In this document: piece after piece, positions 42,931-57,320 of the stretch | How positions within the stretch are numbered: position 1 is the first letter of the stretch | Layout of the letters: every line of letters starts with the position of its first letter | Assembly (NCBI RefSeq): GCF_009914755.1 | Contig: NC_060928.1 | Reading direction: 5' to 3' (one strand) | From: the human T2T-CHM13v2.0 reference genome, Homo sapiens | Length of the DNA stretch: 64,000 bases | The notes under the pieces: generated by a model | Seen by the model: only the letters and a program-made list of their open reading frames with translations | Databases searched by the model: none | What the model was told of the DNA's origin: nothing | Made by a program: the position numbers and the translations under genes

Positions 42931-44285
42931 TAAAATGGGATATTTTTCCTTGAAAAATTTACTAATAAGAACAAATGCAAACTATCAGTCAATAATAATT
43001 TTAAAAGAATGAGCAAACTAGGTAACCATGCCTGAAATTAACAAATTAATAAACTGAATAAAATCTTAAATGATCTCATTATTGTTTTATAAAAAGCAAC
43101 CCTATTGTATAGGGTACATGTGATCTAATTTGTCAGTAATGAGTGCCATGAGTTATAATTTTAAAAGATGCAAATAACAAATAGGTTTATAAACCACTGA
43201 TCTAGTTTAGTTCCATTATGGTACCACTGTATATGGAGACACCTTCATACTTAGGTGATGGTAGCCTCCCACTATGTATTTTTCATCATGCTATGCCAAG
43301 AGATGATTAGGCCAACATTTGATATCATGTAACTGTAGCAACAGAAATAAGCTTTTGTGTACTATTATGAAGGTTTACATAGTTGGTGAGTTTATATCTT
43401 TCTTAAGAGTGATTGCAATCTCAATTATATATTATTTAAGATGGAGTACAAATTTACCATGTAGATTTTAAGGTATTTCGTGTTTCAGGACTTCAAATGA
43501 CAAACACATATATGCACACATGGGCACACACCCACGATTAAGAATTCCTTTGCAACAGTCATTGTGAGACATTAGAGATGGTCCTTTTAGTGATATTTCA
43601 ATATATTTCAGTATATATTTCAATATATTTCGGTATATTCTCAGTAAGATGTAAATTGAAAAGTGACATAATTGGTACTCTTTAATATAAATATTGCACT
43701 GTCCTGTTATAGATAGCTGTAAATTCTGTGGGGAAGCCTTATTTTCAAAGCAGAATGAAAGTTCCAGTAAGTAAGGGAAAAGAAACTATTTCACTTGGGA
43801 TTCAGCTTAATGAAAATAAAGTAGATTAGCCTTTGGTGCACTTAATGTTTCAGGCAAAATAAATACAATTACACCCTTGTTGTTCTGGCAAAAAAAAAAA
43901 AAAAAAGGTTTCAGTAAACCATGTGCAACTCTTGATCTCTTGATTATATATCCACTCTATAAAATATATCCGAAAATATAATGCTGCCTGTGCTCTCTGT
44001 TCTTTTTTCAGTCCTCATTTTTCAGTAGATAATATTATGCTTCTGATGCAAGATTTGACAACAGCACCCATAAATCAATTCTATATCTCACATTAATGAT
44101 GTTCTTGTAATCAGTGGCTATTCAACACAAATTTCCATCGCATTTTTTTTTGTTGGAAAACAGCCACATTAGGGCTGTTAGCTTTCTCAAATGTAAGTGG
44201 CTATATTGCCATAATACATAATAAAGTGCACTCCAGCCACTTGCCAAAGCAGTATTAAAGACATTCTATAGAAATTGAGGCTATC

Positions 44286-44425
44286 CAGGAGGATGGCGTG
44301 AACCTGGCAGGCGGAGTCTGCAGTGAGCCGAGATCAGGCCACTGCACTCCAGCCTGGGCGATAGAGCGAGACCCTCTCTCAAAAAAAAAAAAAAAAAAAA
44401 AAAAAAGGAAAGAAAAGAAAAGAAA
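44286..44425 (+). mobile_element. Severely 5'-truncated AluY (3' part of right arm) with long A/(GAAAA) tail
   Basis: caggaggatggcgtgaacc...cagcctgggcgatagagcgagac; TSD agaaattgaggctatc (44270-44285) / agaaattgaggccatc (44426-44441). Confidence 0.92.
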
Positions 44426-44492
44426 AGAAATTGAGGCCATCTACTGTCAGTACGTTGTCCAGTCAGCAGCTGGCATTTCCATAGAGAATGGC

Positions 44493-45966
44493 TTTATTTT
44501 TAATTTTTTAAAACAGATTTAGGAGGTATAAGTGCTCTTTTGTTGCATGGATATACTGCATAGTGGTGAAGTCTGGGTCTTTTGTGTAACCATCACCGGA
44601 ATAGTTACCCATTAAGTAATTTCTTAATGTTAATGGTAACATTGTGGCCCATTAAGTAATTTCTCATCCCTCATCCCCCTCCCACCCTCTCACCTTGCCG
44701 AGTTTCCAAAACTTATTATTCCACTCTCTATATCCGTGAGTACACATTATTTAGCTACCACTTATAAGTGGGAACATCTGGAATTTGACTGTTTCTGAAC
44801 TGTTTCACTTATGATAATGGCCTCTAGTCCCATTCATGTTTCTGCAAAAGACATTACTTCATTCTTCTTTATTATTGAGTAATATTTCACTGAATACATA
44901 TGCCACATTTTCTTTATCCAATCATCCTTTGATGAACACTTAGGTTAATTCTATATCTCTGCTATTGGGAATAGTGCGGTGAGAAACATAGAGGTACAAG
45001 AATATTCTTGATGCAATGATTTATTTTCCTTGTGTGCTTTCTTTTGCAAAATATCTGTTCACTTTTTAATAAGGTTATTTGTGTTGTTTCGGGGTTGTTA
45101 TTGTTTCTGTTCCTTGTAGATTCTGGATATTAGTCCTTTGTCAGATACATAATTTGCAAATTTTTTTCCATTCTTCAAGTTGTCTATTCAGTCTGATGAT
45201 TATTTATTTATTTTGCTGTGCTGAAGCTTTTTAGTTTAAATAAGTTCCATTTATCATTTTTGTTTTTGTTGCATTTGTTTTTGAGGTCTTAATCATGCAT
45301 ACTTCAACTAGGCCAATGTCCAGAAGAGCTTTCCATGGTTTTGCTTAGGATTTTATAGTTTCAGGTCATACATTTAAATCTATAATCCATCTTGGGTCCA
45401 TTTTAATAGACAGTAGAAAATAGGGGTCCAATTTCATTTTTCTGCGTATAGCAATCCAATTTTCCCAGTACCATTTATTGAATAGGGTGTCCTAATCTCG
45501 GTATATGTTTTCATCAACAATGTCAAAGATCGGTTGGCTGTAGGTCTGTGACTTTATTTCTGGGACTCTATTCTGTTCCACTGATCTATCTGTCTATTTT
45601 TATGCCTGTATCATGCTGTTTTGGTTATTACATACTTGTAGTATAATTTGAAGTTAGGTAATGTGATGCCTCCAGCTTTATTCTTTTTGCTTAGAATTCC
45701 TTTGACAATTTGGGCTCTTTTGAGAGGTCATATAAACTATATAATTTTTTGTCTAATTCTGTGAAAAATAGTGTTGATATTTTTTATAGGAATTCCATTG
45801 AATCTGCAGATTGCTTTGGGCAGTATGGTCATTTTAACTGTATTGATTCTTCCAATCCATAAGAATGGGATGATCTTCAATTTGTTTGTGTCATCTATGG
45901 TTTATTTCATCAGTGTTCTGTAGTTTTCCCTGTAGAGATTTTTTTAGCCACTTAGTTAAATATATT
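44493..45966 (-). mobile_element. L1 3' fragment (L1PB3/4-L1MA-like) with internal deletion near 45030
   Basis: ttgcatggatata-tgcatagtggtgaagtctggg 3'UTR, and reverse-complement ORF2 segments gtagtataatttgaagt-aggtaatgtgatgcctccagcttt-ttctttttgctta and ttgctttgggcagtatggtcatttt. Confidence 0.88.
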
Positions 45967-47039
45967 AAGAATTCCAGTGCTTCTCTATTTGAGATAGAAG
46001 TAAATGAACAGCCATATGTCTATTGCAAATTCCTCCTCCTGGATTTTGTTAAGCTTGTGTCTGGCCAAAAAGTTAATATCAACCAAAAGCATACTTTTGA
46101 ATAAATGTATACCTCACTTATGGAAGTTTAAAATGTTTAGTGATAGCTCTCCAATGACAATTCTAAATATTTAGTGTTTATGTTTTTTGATCATTAATTG
46201 AATGCAAATTTAATTCTGACCAACATTAGACCATAGAAGTTTACAATAGGGATTGACTATCTGAAGACAGTGATTGATCAACATTTACAGAATTTTTTAT
46301 CTATCAACAATCGATATATTTTGTTGCACTTTAATATTTTACTTGAGAATTACTATAAAAACAGATGTTTCTACGAATGCCAAGAATTCTAGAAAAATAT
46401 GATATATTTACAGATTTAGTGAAGTTGAAACATTAAAAAAATTAAGTCTTCACATTTATTATTCCTACTGGCGTCTTCTGTCAACTTGTTCCTTGTCTCA
46501 CTATATTGTCCCTTAATTATTTTGAGGCCTGTTGCTTAGGTTATCAATCACAGATGGGAATAGTAAAATTAATTTTTCAGTGTGATTTTAGCCTTAATAT
46601 TAAAACAAGCTGTTAACTGCCTTTTTCTCTGCTTATCAACACAATCCCTTTTGCCAATGTATTCTCATAACAGAAAACATACATAGAGCAAATGCAGATA
46701 ACCAGTAAATCTAGTTATAGTAAAGAAACAGAATGTTTTAACATAATATCTTAGATATTATTTCATACTTTTACATCTATTTGTATATGAGCAAACTGAA
46801 CTCTTGATATGATAAGGAAGCTATGCATAGAAGGTAAATGTCCCTGACCTCCCTTTATTATTCTGTTTGCTGTATCTGATAGTTTGTCAGCTATGTAAGT
46901 CCATCCTTTAGCAAAGATGGATTAGAGGGCTCCTGGATATCACAAGCTCTTAATAATATTTCTTCACCCTACTTTGGCTATTTATGCTAAATATAGGCTA
47001 ATGCTTCATACATTTAACTGACTGTTTATTAGGAGAAAA

Positions 47040-48782
47040 CCTGGCAGAAATTGAATCAAGTGATATAAAGGCAATAGGGAAGAAGTACTCTTCTATGCTC
47101 CTGCTGGGAGTATATATTAGTAGCCAGCTTTGGGAAGTGTTTGGAAATATATGGTGCATTTAAAAGTGTTTTAAACCTGGGATCTTTACATGTTTCTAAA
47201 GATACATATGCCAAAGTAAGTCTGAAACACTGTAATGATCAAAAAGAAAGTACTAATGTCATCAACAATAGAAATAAATAAATGTGTTATATTCATGCTA
47301 TAAATCATCATACAAGAGTTAATAGTAATTGTTATATGGAGTTTACAAGTATATAATAAAGAAAAATGTAAAATTTATAAAACAGCAAAATATACTTTAC
47401 AAAGAATGCAATTATGCTAAATTGTGTTTTGTTACATTCATAACAAAGTGATAAAGTATAAAATGAACTGGAAAAATACACTAAATTCATTATCAGAAGC
47501 TTATAGATCTCTAGGAAAAATAAAGTATATCATATTAACATATATGTAATGAAAGTCTCAAAAGAAGGAGTAAGAGAAAAAAATGGCAGGTACAATAGTT
47601 GATTAAATAGCAAATATTTTACAAATTTGATTTAAAAACTTAGGTAGAAATACAAAATGCCTGCTGAAACCAATTGGGGTACATACAAAAGTTCATGCCT
47701 AGATACTTGAACATGATAAAAGCTAAAACATTTTTGAAAATTTTGAAAGCAGCAAGAGGAAATCAACTCAGTAGAGAGGAACAAGAATATGACAATAAGC
47801 TGACACCACAGATGAAACAATGAAGGCCAGAAGAAAGTAGAATGACATAGTCAAAGTGCTAGAAAAACAATACTATCAACCAATAATTCTATATCTAGCA
47901 AACCTACCTTCCAAATGAAAGATCACTCAAAACTCACAGTAAAACATATAAAACACAAATCGCTGAGAAAGTACAGAAAATACATGAAAAGACAATACTG
48001 AAAAGTGTATAAATATGGGAAATATGCTTATGAAATGATGCTAAATGTCATTAGCCATCAGGGAAACTCAAATTAAAGCTCCAATGAGATGTCACCATAC
48101 CCCTATTTGAAATGAATAAAAAATCATTTTTAATAGTGACAACAACCAATGCTGATGAGAAAGTGAAGAAACTGGAATACCTATATATTGCTGGTGGAAA
48201 CATAAAATGGTACAGGCACATGGATAACAGGAAATTTCATATTAAATTAAATCTGAAATTGCCATTAAAAGGAGCAATTTCACTCTTCAACATCTATACC
48301 TGGTAAATAACAACTTACGTCCACAGAAATACCTGTACATGAATGTTCATAGCAGTTTTGTTTATGGTAGCCGAAAACTGGAATCAGCCTATGTGACCTT
48401 CAGTGAGCAAATGGTTAAACAAACTGTAGTACATTATATATCATGGAATACGACTCAACAATAAAAAGAAACAAACTATTGATAAAAGAAGGAACTGATG
48501 AATCTCCAGGGAATTATGCTGAGTGAGAAAAATCATACACAAAACGTTAATACTTTATGACTCAATTTTTATAATATTTTTAAAATAAAATTTTAGAAGT
48601 GGAGAAGAGCTGAGTAGTTACCAAAAGTTAGATCTGCGGATGAGGGAAGAAGTAAACAAGAAATATATGAGAGTGGTCATAAAAGGATGACATGAAAGAT
48701 CTTGTGGCATTGTCTCTGTTTGGTATCATACAGGTGGTGACTACACAAACTTACGCAGATGATGAATTGTACAGACTTAATG

Positions 48783-48790
<8 letters not shown>
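47040..48790 (+). mobile_element. Cluster of old L1M fragments (L1ME-like 3' piece, ORF1-like piece at about 47510-47915, L1MC/MD-like 3' end at about 47920-48790)
   Basis: aatgaaggccagaaga-agt-gaatgacata-tcaaagtgct-aa...aattctatatctagcaaa (ORF1); tcattagccatcagggaaa-caaattaaa; atgaatctccagggaattatgctgagtga. Confidence 0.7.

Positions 48791-48830
<40 letters not shown>
48786..48830. repeat. (CA)n(GA)n compound microsatellite
   Basis: Direct reading. Confidence 0.93.
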
Positions 48831-48832
<2 letters not shown>

Positions 48833-49599
48833 AGAGCATTAAGAGAAGGGAGAATTGAGATATACAGGATGAAAGGTCAGGAGAAGTTGTTACATAATTA
48901 ATGATCAATAAAAACAAAAATTATAATTCAGATTTACCTGACTTCAAAGCTCATATTTCAACTCACTACACCATGATGCTTCACAAAATAAGATAAAGAG
49001 TATGGGAAAACAGTCATTCCGAGGCAGACTAATGAATGGAGTAAATGAAGCCTCTTTGATATTCTTTCAAAGGCACATTCATTTTTTTATTCCCCAAATT
49101 CTACTCTGCATTTATTTCTCTATACTTTGAATTAAAACTTAAGTACTTATTAAAGTAATATTGCTTAAATTATTTACTATACAACTATAATCTCACTAAA
49201 TATTTCATAGAAAACAAATGTTCTTTAGGGAAACAACAATGAAGCTCTTCCTGGTTTATCTATTTGCAAGATATTAAGTTGAAATCTTTGTGAACTCTGT
49301 GAATATCTGTAAAGTAAATCTGCATAGTATGCAATATGTATAGAAAAGCGATACAGTAAATTATACTATTTGGTTTTATATAATATTTCCCAAACTTGTA
49401 TTGTGGGATAACTCTTTTGTTAATAACACACATTTACATTTTTCTGTACATCTCCATATTTGGAGAAATTCTAAGTTATGACAGTGGCTGACAGCTGCTA
49501 AGAGACCACACTTATTCTACTAAGTGTGGTCATTTAGTGAAATACCATATCATATTATCTTAAATCCTGTTTACTCCTCTTACACGCATTTTTCATTGC

Positions 49600-49818
49600 A
49601 CCTGATTTATGCTACATTGTCAGTGTACACATTTGTATCCCCCAATGGATTCATTCTCTTGCCCCAATTTTGTCATTGGGGCAAACCTGTGATCAATTGT
49701 TGGTGTATCGCCCTCTCCATCACCAGTATTATGTCTAGGGAACTGGATATATTTAATACCTGTTGGCTGAATTTATGCATGTAAAAATGAAAGAATGAAT
49801 GAATAGATGAATTAATGA
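49600..49818 (+). mobile_element. L2 3' terminus relic
   Basis: atttgt-tccccc...tgtatc-cc...tttaatacctgttggctgaat...gaatgaatgaat tail. Confidence 0.5.
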
Positions 49819-51231
49819 AAATGCCAACAGCGATTTTCTTTACTTTTATTGCTTTACTGGTAGTGTACTGGGATCTACAGCAGGGAAACAGAAAGACCTT
49901 TTGAATAACAATTACTTATCCCTCCTTTTCCTAGAAGTAATTTGGTCAAAGAACACTTGGCATGTCAACTCTGAAATGTTGCCAGCCTTTTGGTCTGGCC
50001 ACTATTTTTTTCTTCTCAATAATAACTGCCACTAGAAGAATAGTAAAGAAAGAAGGAAAGTTAAACTCAATTCTGTCACATGTTTTTAAGAGTTGATAGC
50101 TCCAGGGAAGGTTTTATAGTGAAGAGAATTGAATCTAGTTGGAAAAGGGTACTACTTGAATCACTGTGAATTTCATTTATCTGCGTATCTCTATTCCTAA
50201 TTATCACTAGGAAGTGACAGTTGGCAAGCCCATGGAGGTCTCAGAAGATTATAAAATTCTATTAAATCATCACAAATGTTTCAATATAACATTTAAAAGC
50301 TTCAGCTCTTCATATAAATAAAAGTAGGGTTTATTATCATGTGAGATTGAGGCTTGATCTAACCAGTATTTTTCTTCTCCTCATATAAAATAGAATGTTA
50401 AAATTATTTGATGGTATCTGAAATTCCTATCTTGCCAGGGAACAAGACCTAATTAGTTGGGCTAAATGTAAAGTTCAAACACTGGGACACAGATTGTCTT
50501 CCACTTACCACCAGAGAAGGAGAACAAGAGCCCCAATGACCTCAGTTAACACATGCCAATTCACTTGGTCCAAATGAATACAGTAAATTAGAAAACTAAA
50601 TACTAAAGTTTCTTTGATATATACCTGATAAGCTGTAGAATTTCATTAATTCTTTGATTATAATTACCACCCTTTTAACATGTAAATGGTATCAAAAGAC
50701 AATTACTAGAAATTTAATTACTATAAAATGTAACAAAGCATATAATTATTGAAAAATTTTTAAAAGAAAAGAAAAAAATTTTACAAGTCTCTATATTCAT
50801 AGTTAAATTTCTGCTTTAATTGAAAATATCAGTGTCTCTTTAATTAATTAGTTTTCACAAGAATTTAGAGCCATGTTTTAGATCTGATCACTCTACAGGA
50901 TGATCAAGGTACAAACACTTTTTTTGACAATCTTCCCCTAAGTAGTTACTTTATTGCTTTATACAACCTTATTGCTGACAGAGTTCATTTCTGCAACGAA
51001 TTTTACAGTAATACTAACATGCCCCAAATATGCTGGTTTGTGTTTTTCTTATATCTGGTGACAAAGTATAAACCTGAATTTTTTAGAAGATAATTGTATT
51101 TATAATTCTGTTAAGTTCCCATTGGAGACATTCCATTCATAACTATAGAGAGCCAATAAATGAGTAAAATACATCCTTGTCCTCATCAGAGAAGTCAGTT
51201 ACAGAAAAGGCCATAAAAGAATAAACTAATT

Positions 51232-51510
51232 GGTTGGGCGCGGTGGCTCACGCCTGTAATCCCAGCACTTTGGGAGGCCGAGGCGGGTAGATGATTTGAG
51301 GTCAGGAGTTTGAGACCAGCCTGGCCAAAATGGTGAAACCCCGTCTCTATAGAAAACACAAAAATTAGCCGGGCATGGTGGCGGGTGCCTGTAATCCCAG
51401 CTACTCAGGAGGCTGAGGCAGGAGAACCACTTGAGCACAGAGGTTGCAGTGAGCAGAGATCGCGGCACTGCACTCCAGCCTGGAAGACAGAGTGAGACTC
51501 CGTCCAAAAA
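51232..51510 (+). mobile_element. Alu SINE, AluS-like
   Basis: Dimeric Alu with short right-arm deletion; TSD aaaagaataaactaatt (51215-51231) / aaaagaataaacaaatt (51511-51527). Confidence 0.94.
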
Positions 51511-52499
51511 AAAAGAATAAACAAATTACATTTACAATCAGCTGGATGTTTACATTTGTACACTTATTGATAACACATTACTTCATAGACATTTGCACTA
51601 ATCTATAATAAACAATTTAATATTCCCTACATAATTGAAAAACTATCTCTAACAGACAATGATTTATATTTGAGAAGTTAAGATTTTTCAGATTTTCAAA
51701 AACTAGTATTAGATATGTATATATAGGCATACACATACATTTAGGCATTTTTAAAAATATGGACTTTTTTTGAAGAAAGACATTAAATGAGGACCTTGGG
51801 ATATTTAATAATGGATATAAAGCTTTATTCAACTTAGAATCAGTAACCATAAGGAATATATAACTACAAAACCTGTATATTGACATTAAACAATTAAATT
51901 TGATTTATGCAGCATGGTTTTAAAAAAGTATCACTAAATGAAAAATGAGTAAGGACTGGTGTACTTTTTTTCTCTTTAAACCATCTTAACTCATTTTCTT
52001 CTTCAGCTAAAATAACTTCAGGCTGACAGAATTAAACATTCAGCCAGAGAAATACTGAGTCTCATTAATTATTATATATATATGCCATATTTTCCTAAGT
52101 ATCTATGTGCACAGAATTTCCATTCAATTTAATGAAGTTATACTTACATAAAAATACATACATGTCCAGAAAAATTAGCTTAGAATTTTTACATGTAAAA
52201 TCTACTGTTTTTCTCTTTTTCCTTATATTTCTTTCTAAAACACTCATTCATAACAGTATATCTTCAATATTTTGTTTTAATTGATAATAATATTATAAAG
52301 TTTCTCCTTTTTTCATCCCTATGCTCAATTTGAATGACCCAGAACAGAGTTTTAAACACTAGTTTAATCATCAATAGTATCACAACCATCTCTGGTGTGT
52401 GTTAAAGAGCAAATTCTTTGGAATCTACACCAAACTACACCAGATCTACAGAATATTTGGACTCAGGTATATATATATATATATATATATTAAATATAT

Positions 52500-52715
52500 G
52501 ATAGTAATAACTGTTTAAAATTTATCGAGAATGAAGTATGTGCCTAGAACTTTCCTAAACATTGTAAATATTTTAACACAAGTTATCACCAAAACAATCC
52601 AAAGAAGAAGCTATTATTATATCTGGGAAAACTAGGCAAGTTAATAAGTTTTGGAGCTATGATCTGCCAGCTTCACTTCAGAATCCTGGCTCTTGACTTC
52701 TTGCGATGCACACTG
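52500..52715 (-). mobile_element. MIR relic preceded by (TA)n at 52468-52490
   Basis: atttatcgaga...tatgtgcc-agaact-t-ctaaaca-t...aacaatcc...tattattat...ggaaact-ggca. Confidence 0.5.
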
Positions 52716-55700
52716 TTTCTATTTGATGAGTCTAACATCTAGCCAGATTCCTATAAAAAATGTCTTAACACCAATCCAATAAATGTGATGACATAGTACA
52801 CTCAATTTAAGATATTTGAACTGTGGCAATTTTAAAATTAAATGAAAATGTATTTGAGAGAAGGGGGAAATATACATATACATATTCACATTTTCAGCAA
52901 AATAATTGAGTCGTCAGTGAATATTTGTTGAGTTGATTCTTCTTTTCACATTCTTTAAACAGAAATTTACTAAAAGACTATCTGCACTAAGAAAACATTA
53001 TAGAAGTTCAAAATGATATTTCAGTTCTTGAAAGGTTATATATTTATTGTTGTGAAATAAAGGCAGATCATGGTCTTGGTTGAAGTTTTGTTTGGCTAAG
53101 CTTATGCTAAAACAGAAAAGACATTAAGATTTTTCTGGAACAAAGAAAATGGAAAGAAATGTATTCAGAAAACATCCGGTAACTTAAAGAATCAGATAAT
53201 GGATTTGCGTAAATTTCCCATATGCTTTTTCCATATGTGAGAAAAAGTGGAAAACTGCAAGTGGTATGGCCTTTCCTTCTCAGAGATAGGAGGAAAAGAA
53301 AGTGAGGACTGAACATTCAGAGTTGCATGCTTCAATACTTCCAGGTATATAATCAGACATTTATATGTATCTCTATGGACCAAGTTACCATTTTTTTCCA
53401 TGATACACTGAAATTCATTAGAAAAAATAAATTGAGTAATTGCTAACCTCAGATATGGTCTTGGGAAAGTGATTCTCCCCTTAATAAGGATAAAACCTAG
53501 TTTGAATAATGAACACTGCAGGGATACTTAGCAAGGTTAAACAGAATAAGATGAAATAAAAACATTGAGAAGCATCACTTGTTTACACAAATTGCCTCAT
53601 TCTTTACATATGCCTGTTTTGACAATATGCACCAGCTGGAGGATACCTAGACCAGAAGCAGCATATGTCACTGTGGCCAGAAGTGGGATGGAGCCAAAAA
53701 TGTACTGGCAAAGTGACTTTCACTAGACTACAATCCTTTTGAATATGGAGATAATAAGATACCCATATTTGATTCTCTAATGGTAAATAGTCATTAGCAC
53801 ATAGTAAGTACATAATAATTTTTATGAATTAATATTAAAGCCTGATTTCTCATCAAATTATGAGCAGCAGAAAGTTTCTCTCATCTCTCCATTTACAATG
53901 TATATAGTACTTTGTACAAAACTTGCTTATAATAAATGTTTTGTAGAACAAATAAATGAAGGTACCAACATCAAAGTAAGGTGTGTTCAGAAATAACAAA
54001 CCAGGAGAAACATTAATATACAGAATCAGAAATATAGTCAGGTGCCCAGGGACAAAGACACGAGTCCAAATGTTGGGTTATTTTCAGAAAACTGTTCCAC
54101 TGGGTTCTAGCAAGTGCTGTTTGTATTAGGGGTTCAGGCATGTTTTTGGATTTAATCCTGGGAATATTCTGGGTGTCTACTACTAGGCTGTATACATCTG
54201 CATCCCTACGTATGTCTGTGTGTCTGTATGTGAATATATTTCTGAGTATGTTAAGAGATTTCTGAAAACAAAGGAAAGCTGCATTCGTCATGAACATTAA
54301 GATCAGCACTCTGAGTTCAAAGGAAAGGCTACAGTCCATTAAATTAATCTGAGTACATTTTCACTTAGATTCTATTTGGCTGAAGTTTAAGTAGTATGAT
54401 TAAAACTTCGAAAAGTATTTTAAGTTTAAAATTATTTAGTCAGGCCCAACTTGCTCTGGGAATACTTACATTACTCCCGTGTAACTATATTCTGTTCAGC
54501 TTATTTTATTTTCTAGAAAAGTAACTTTTTTGTTGTTTAGAATCAACTCTAAACAGTATTTGGTTTGGTGTTCTCTTCCACAGTGAACTGTAAACTTATT
54601 ATAGTTTTTGATTAAATCTTCCAACTAGTGTCTGGATAGATAAACTGAGTTAGAAATAACGGTAAATTCATTGCACCATAAGAGCTTTTCTTGAAAAACA
54701 GTTACACTTCAGCTTATTTCATATATGACACTAGGTGAGTTCACCAAAGTATGTTCAAGGCATAGGCAACATGGCAGATTTGAAAAAAAAATTAGAAAAC
54801 TATTCAAGCGTTCTTGCCTTTAAATGAAGATAAAATGTTTTGTAATTCCCAAATGTTAGCCAATGGACCATGACAAAGTATTCACTAATTCTTTAAAAAC
54901 TGAAAATAAATGTAGTACTATTTCACAAAACCAAATTTGTTCAATTTAATGGCTTACTCTTTATTTAGGGAATATATGCCAATTTTTGGTATTATAATTC
55001 TATTTTTAATGATGTGGTAGTGATAACAGAGGATGGTTTATTGACTCTGACTTAAGGTAACCTTTGAATTTTGTTTTTAAATCAATGGTTGATGAGGAAC
55101 ATAACTCCTGTATAAATTCTAGGTGATCTTGTTGGGCTTTACCTGTGGAAAAAAAAAGAAATAAATCCTGTCTCTTAGAAGGGACTTGGTCTGGCTTCCA
55201 AGATAAAGTGTGTGTAATATTTAAACCTCAAGCTCACTTAACTTTAATTTTTAATAAGAACTGAGTGTCTGGCACGTCATAAAGAGACTCAGCAAGGCTG
55301 AGAACTGTTAAGCCAGTGTATTAACATTAAAGTTTAAGAGCATATATTCATTATATAACAATTTTTATCAACTGATTTGGATAACATGGGTTTAGGTAGT
55401 TTAAGTTTATGAAAAGTTAGCAGTCCCATATTACTTCTTAATAACCTTGTTAAATAACGATTATTTGAAACTTGAAAATCATATCACCACCAAAAAAATC
55501 CCACTTTTATTAAGAAAAGATGGGTTAGTACACTATAAATCTCACAAAAGGCTGTCAACATATACAATATATAATTTATATATCTAATATTGTTACTACG
55601 GGGATCACATTAAAAATTATAATTGGGGATGTCTGATGCCTGTAATTCTTTTGTAACAGTCCCAGAGTCCTGAAACCAAATTCCTTTAAGTGAGGGAAAA

Positions 55701-57119
55701 TCTTTCTTTCAATCTCAACTTCAAATCCATTTATTTGTTCTTTCATTCAACAATTATATTGATTACTCACTATGTGGGGAGACACAACATTGAAAAAGAA
55801 AGAAAATAGTTCTCTTCACATATTATACCTAATACACTATCATAAGAAGTATACAATATGTGAGAATATAATATAACATATAATATAATAGCATCAGGTT
55901 TGTGATAAGTGCTATGAGGAGATACAGTGTTTCTCTTACAGCTTTGCAAGATGGGTATATGAAGCAGGAAGCTTCAGAGTTTTAGAATTCTAGTCATATT
56001 CAGAAAAGCCACTGCACAAAGACTGAGTCATTAAAAACGCTGGAGTCAGTGACTTCATAATGACTGCCTGATGGAAACATTTTTGCCTCATGACATAATG
56101 GTAACAGATTGTATCTACTAATATGAGTATCATCAAACTTCTGTCATAAAACAAAAATTATTGAGGAATTCACATGAAAGATTATAAGTTATACAGGATA
56201 TGTGTCTCATTTATGCAAATAAAGGAATTAAATGCTTTAACAATAAACCATGTGTTTTAACAACACTATGGCAAACATTAACAATAAATTTAACAATGAA
56301 AATTTAAGGTTTTATCTGACAAAATGACTATATGCCAAGCAAAACTTTAGAAAATGCTAAAAATGTATATATTTGTACAATCAGAAACAAATGAATAATG
56401 GACAAAAAACTAATATAAAATTCATGATCTAATAGCTAACTTCACATTCCACTATTACCAATTATGATACAGATCAGAGAATAGGTAAATAAAATCTTGA
56501 TGGAAAAACCAATACTTATTTATATTTAGAGATTTATGATAATAAAGGTAATAGTAAAATGAAAGAATTATTATGCTTCAGAGAATGTTAGAGAGGATAA
56601 GAAAATCATGAGATTTAATAAAAATTTTATGAATTATTTTAAATACAAAAACAATTTCCATGAATCTTGAAAATTTAAAATTTAACACTTTCAGGCATAC
56701 TTGTCATTATTCAGTATCTTTCATATTAGCCATTCACAAATTCACTGCAGACTGTGGTTGCCACACGTTGATGGATGTGCGACATGCTGCCTACAGACAG
56801 GGGCAAGAACTTTTATTTACTGTTACTAAAGGGTGAGTTTTCTTCGGAAATTATCACAAAATAAATCCTATTGTTATAACTCTCAAAATATTTTAATAAA
56901 TTTGAGGCTTTTTAGGGTACCAACTATTGAAAATCATTCATAAGGAACATTAAAATTCAATAAACACAATGGTCATTTAAATAAAAATTGCTTTACTTCA
57001 TCCCCCTCAATTCTCTGACTGAATGTTACAAAACTCTCCATTGGATTTATCCCAGATTCTACCTGGTTACTAGCAAGGATGAATTTCATAATGAAAGCAA
57101 AGGAGTCTTGATGTTGACC

Positions 57120-57320
57120 CAGGAACCAAACTGTTAGGATTCTATTCTCAGCTTCACTTTCCAGCTCTATGACTGTGTACAAGTCATTTTTCTACTGCTC
57201 AGATTTCTTACCAATAAAGTGGAAATAATCATTGTGCCTAACTCTTGAAATATTTAAGAGATGAGTGTGCTTAGAACAGCTTATGTCACATAGCAAAATA
57301 AAAGTGAGTGCTAGTGTTAA
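57120..57320 (+). mobile_element. MIR relic
   Basis: ggaaccaaactg...ggattc-attctcagcttcactt-ccagct-t-tgact-tg-acaagtcattt...ctcagatttctta-c-ataaa-tgga-ataat. Confidence 0.65.

Noticed and set aside
43593-43645. Short atatttca repeats, also the 11-bp tandem at 41071-41092
   Set aside because: Ordinary slippage duplications in AT-rich DNA.
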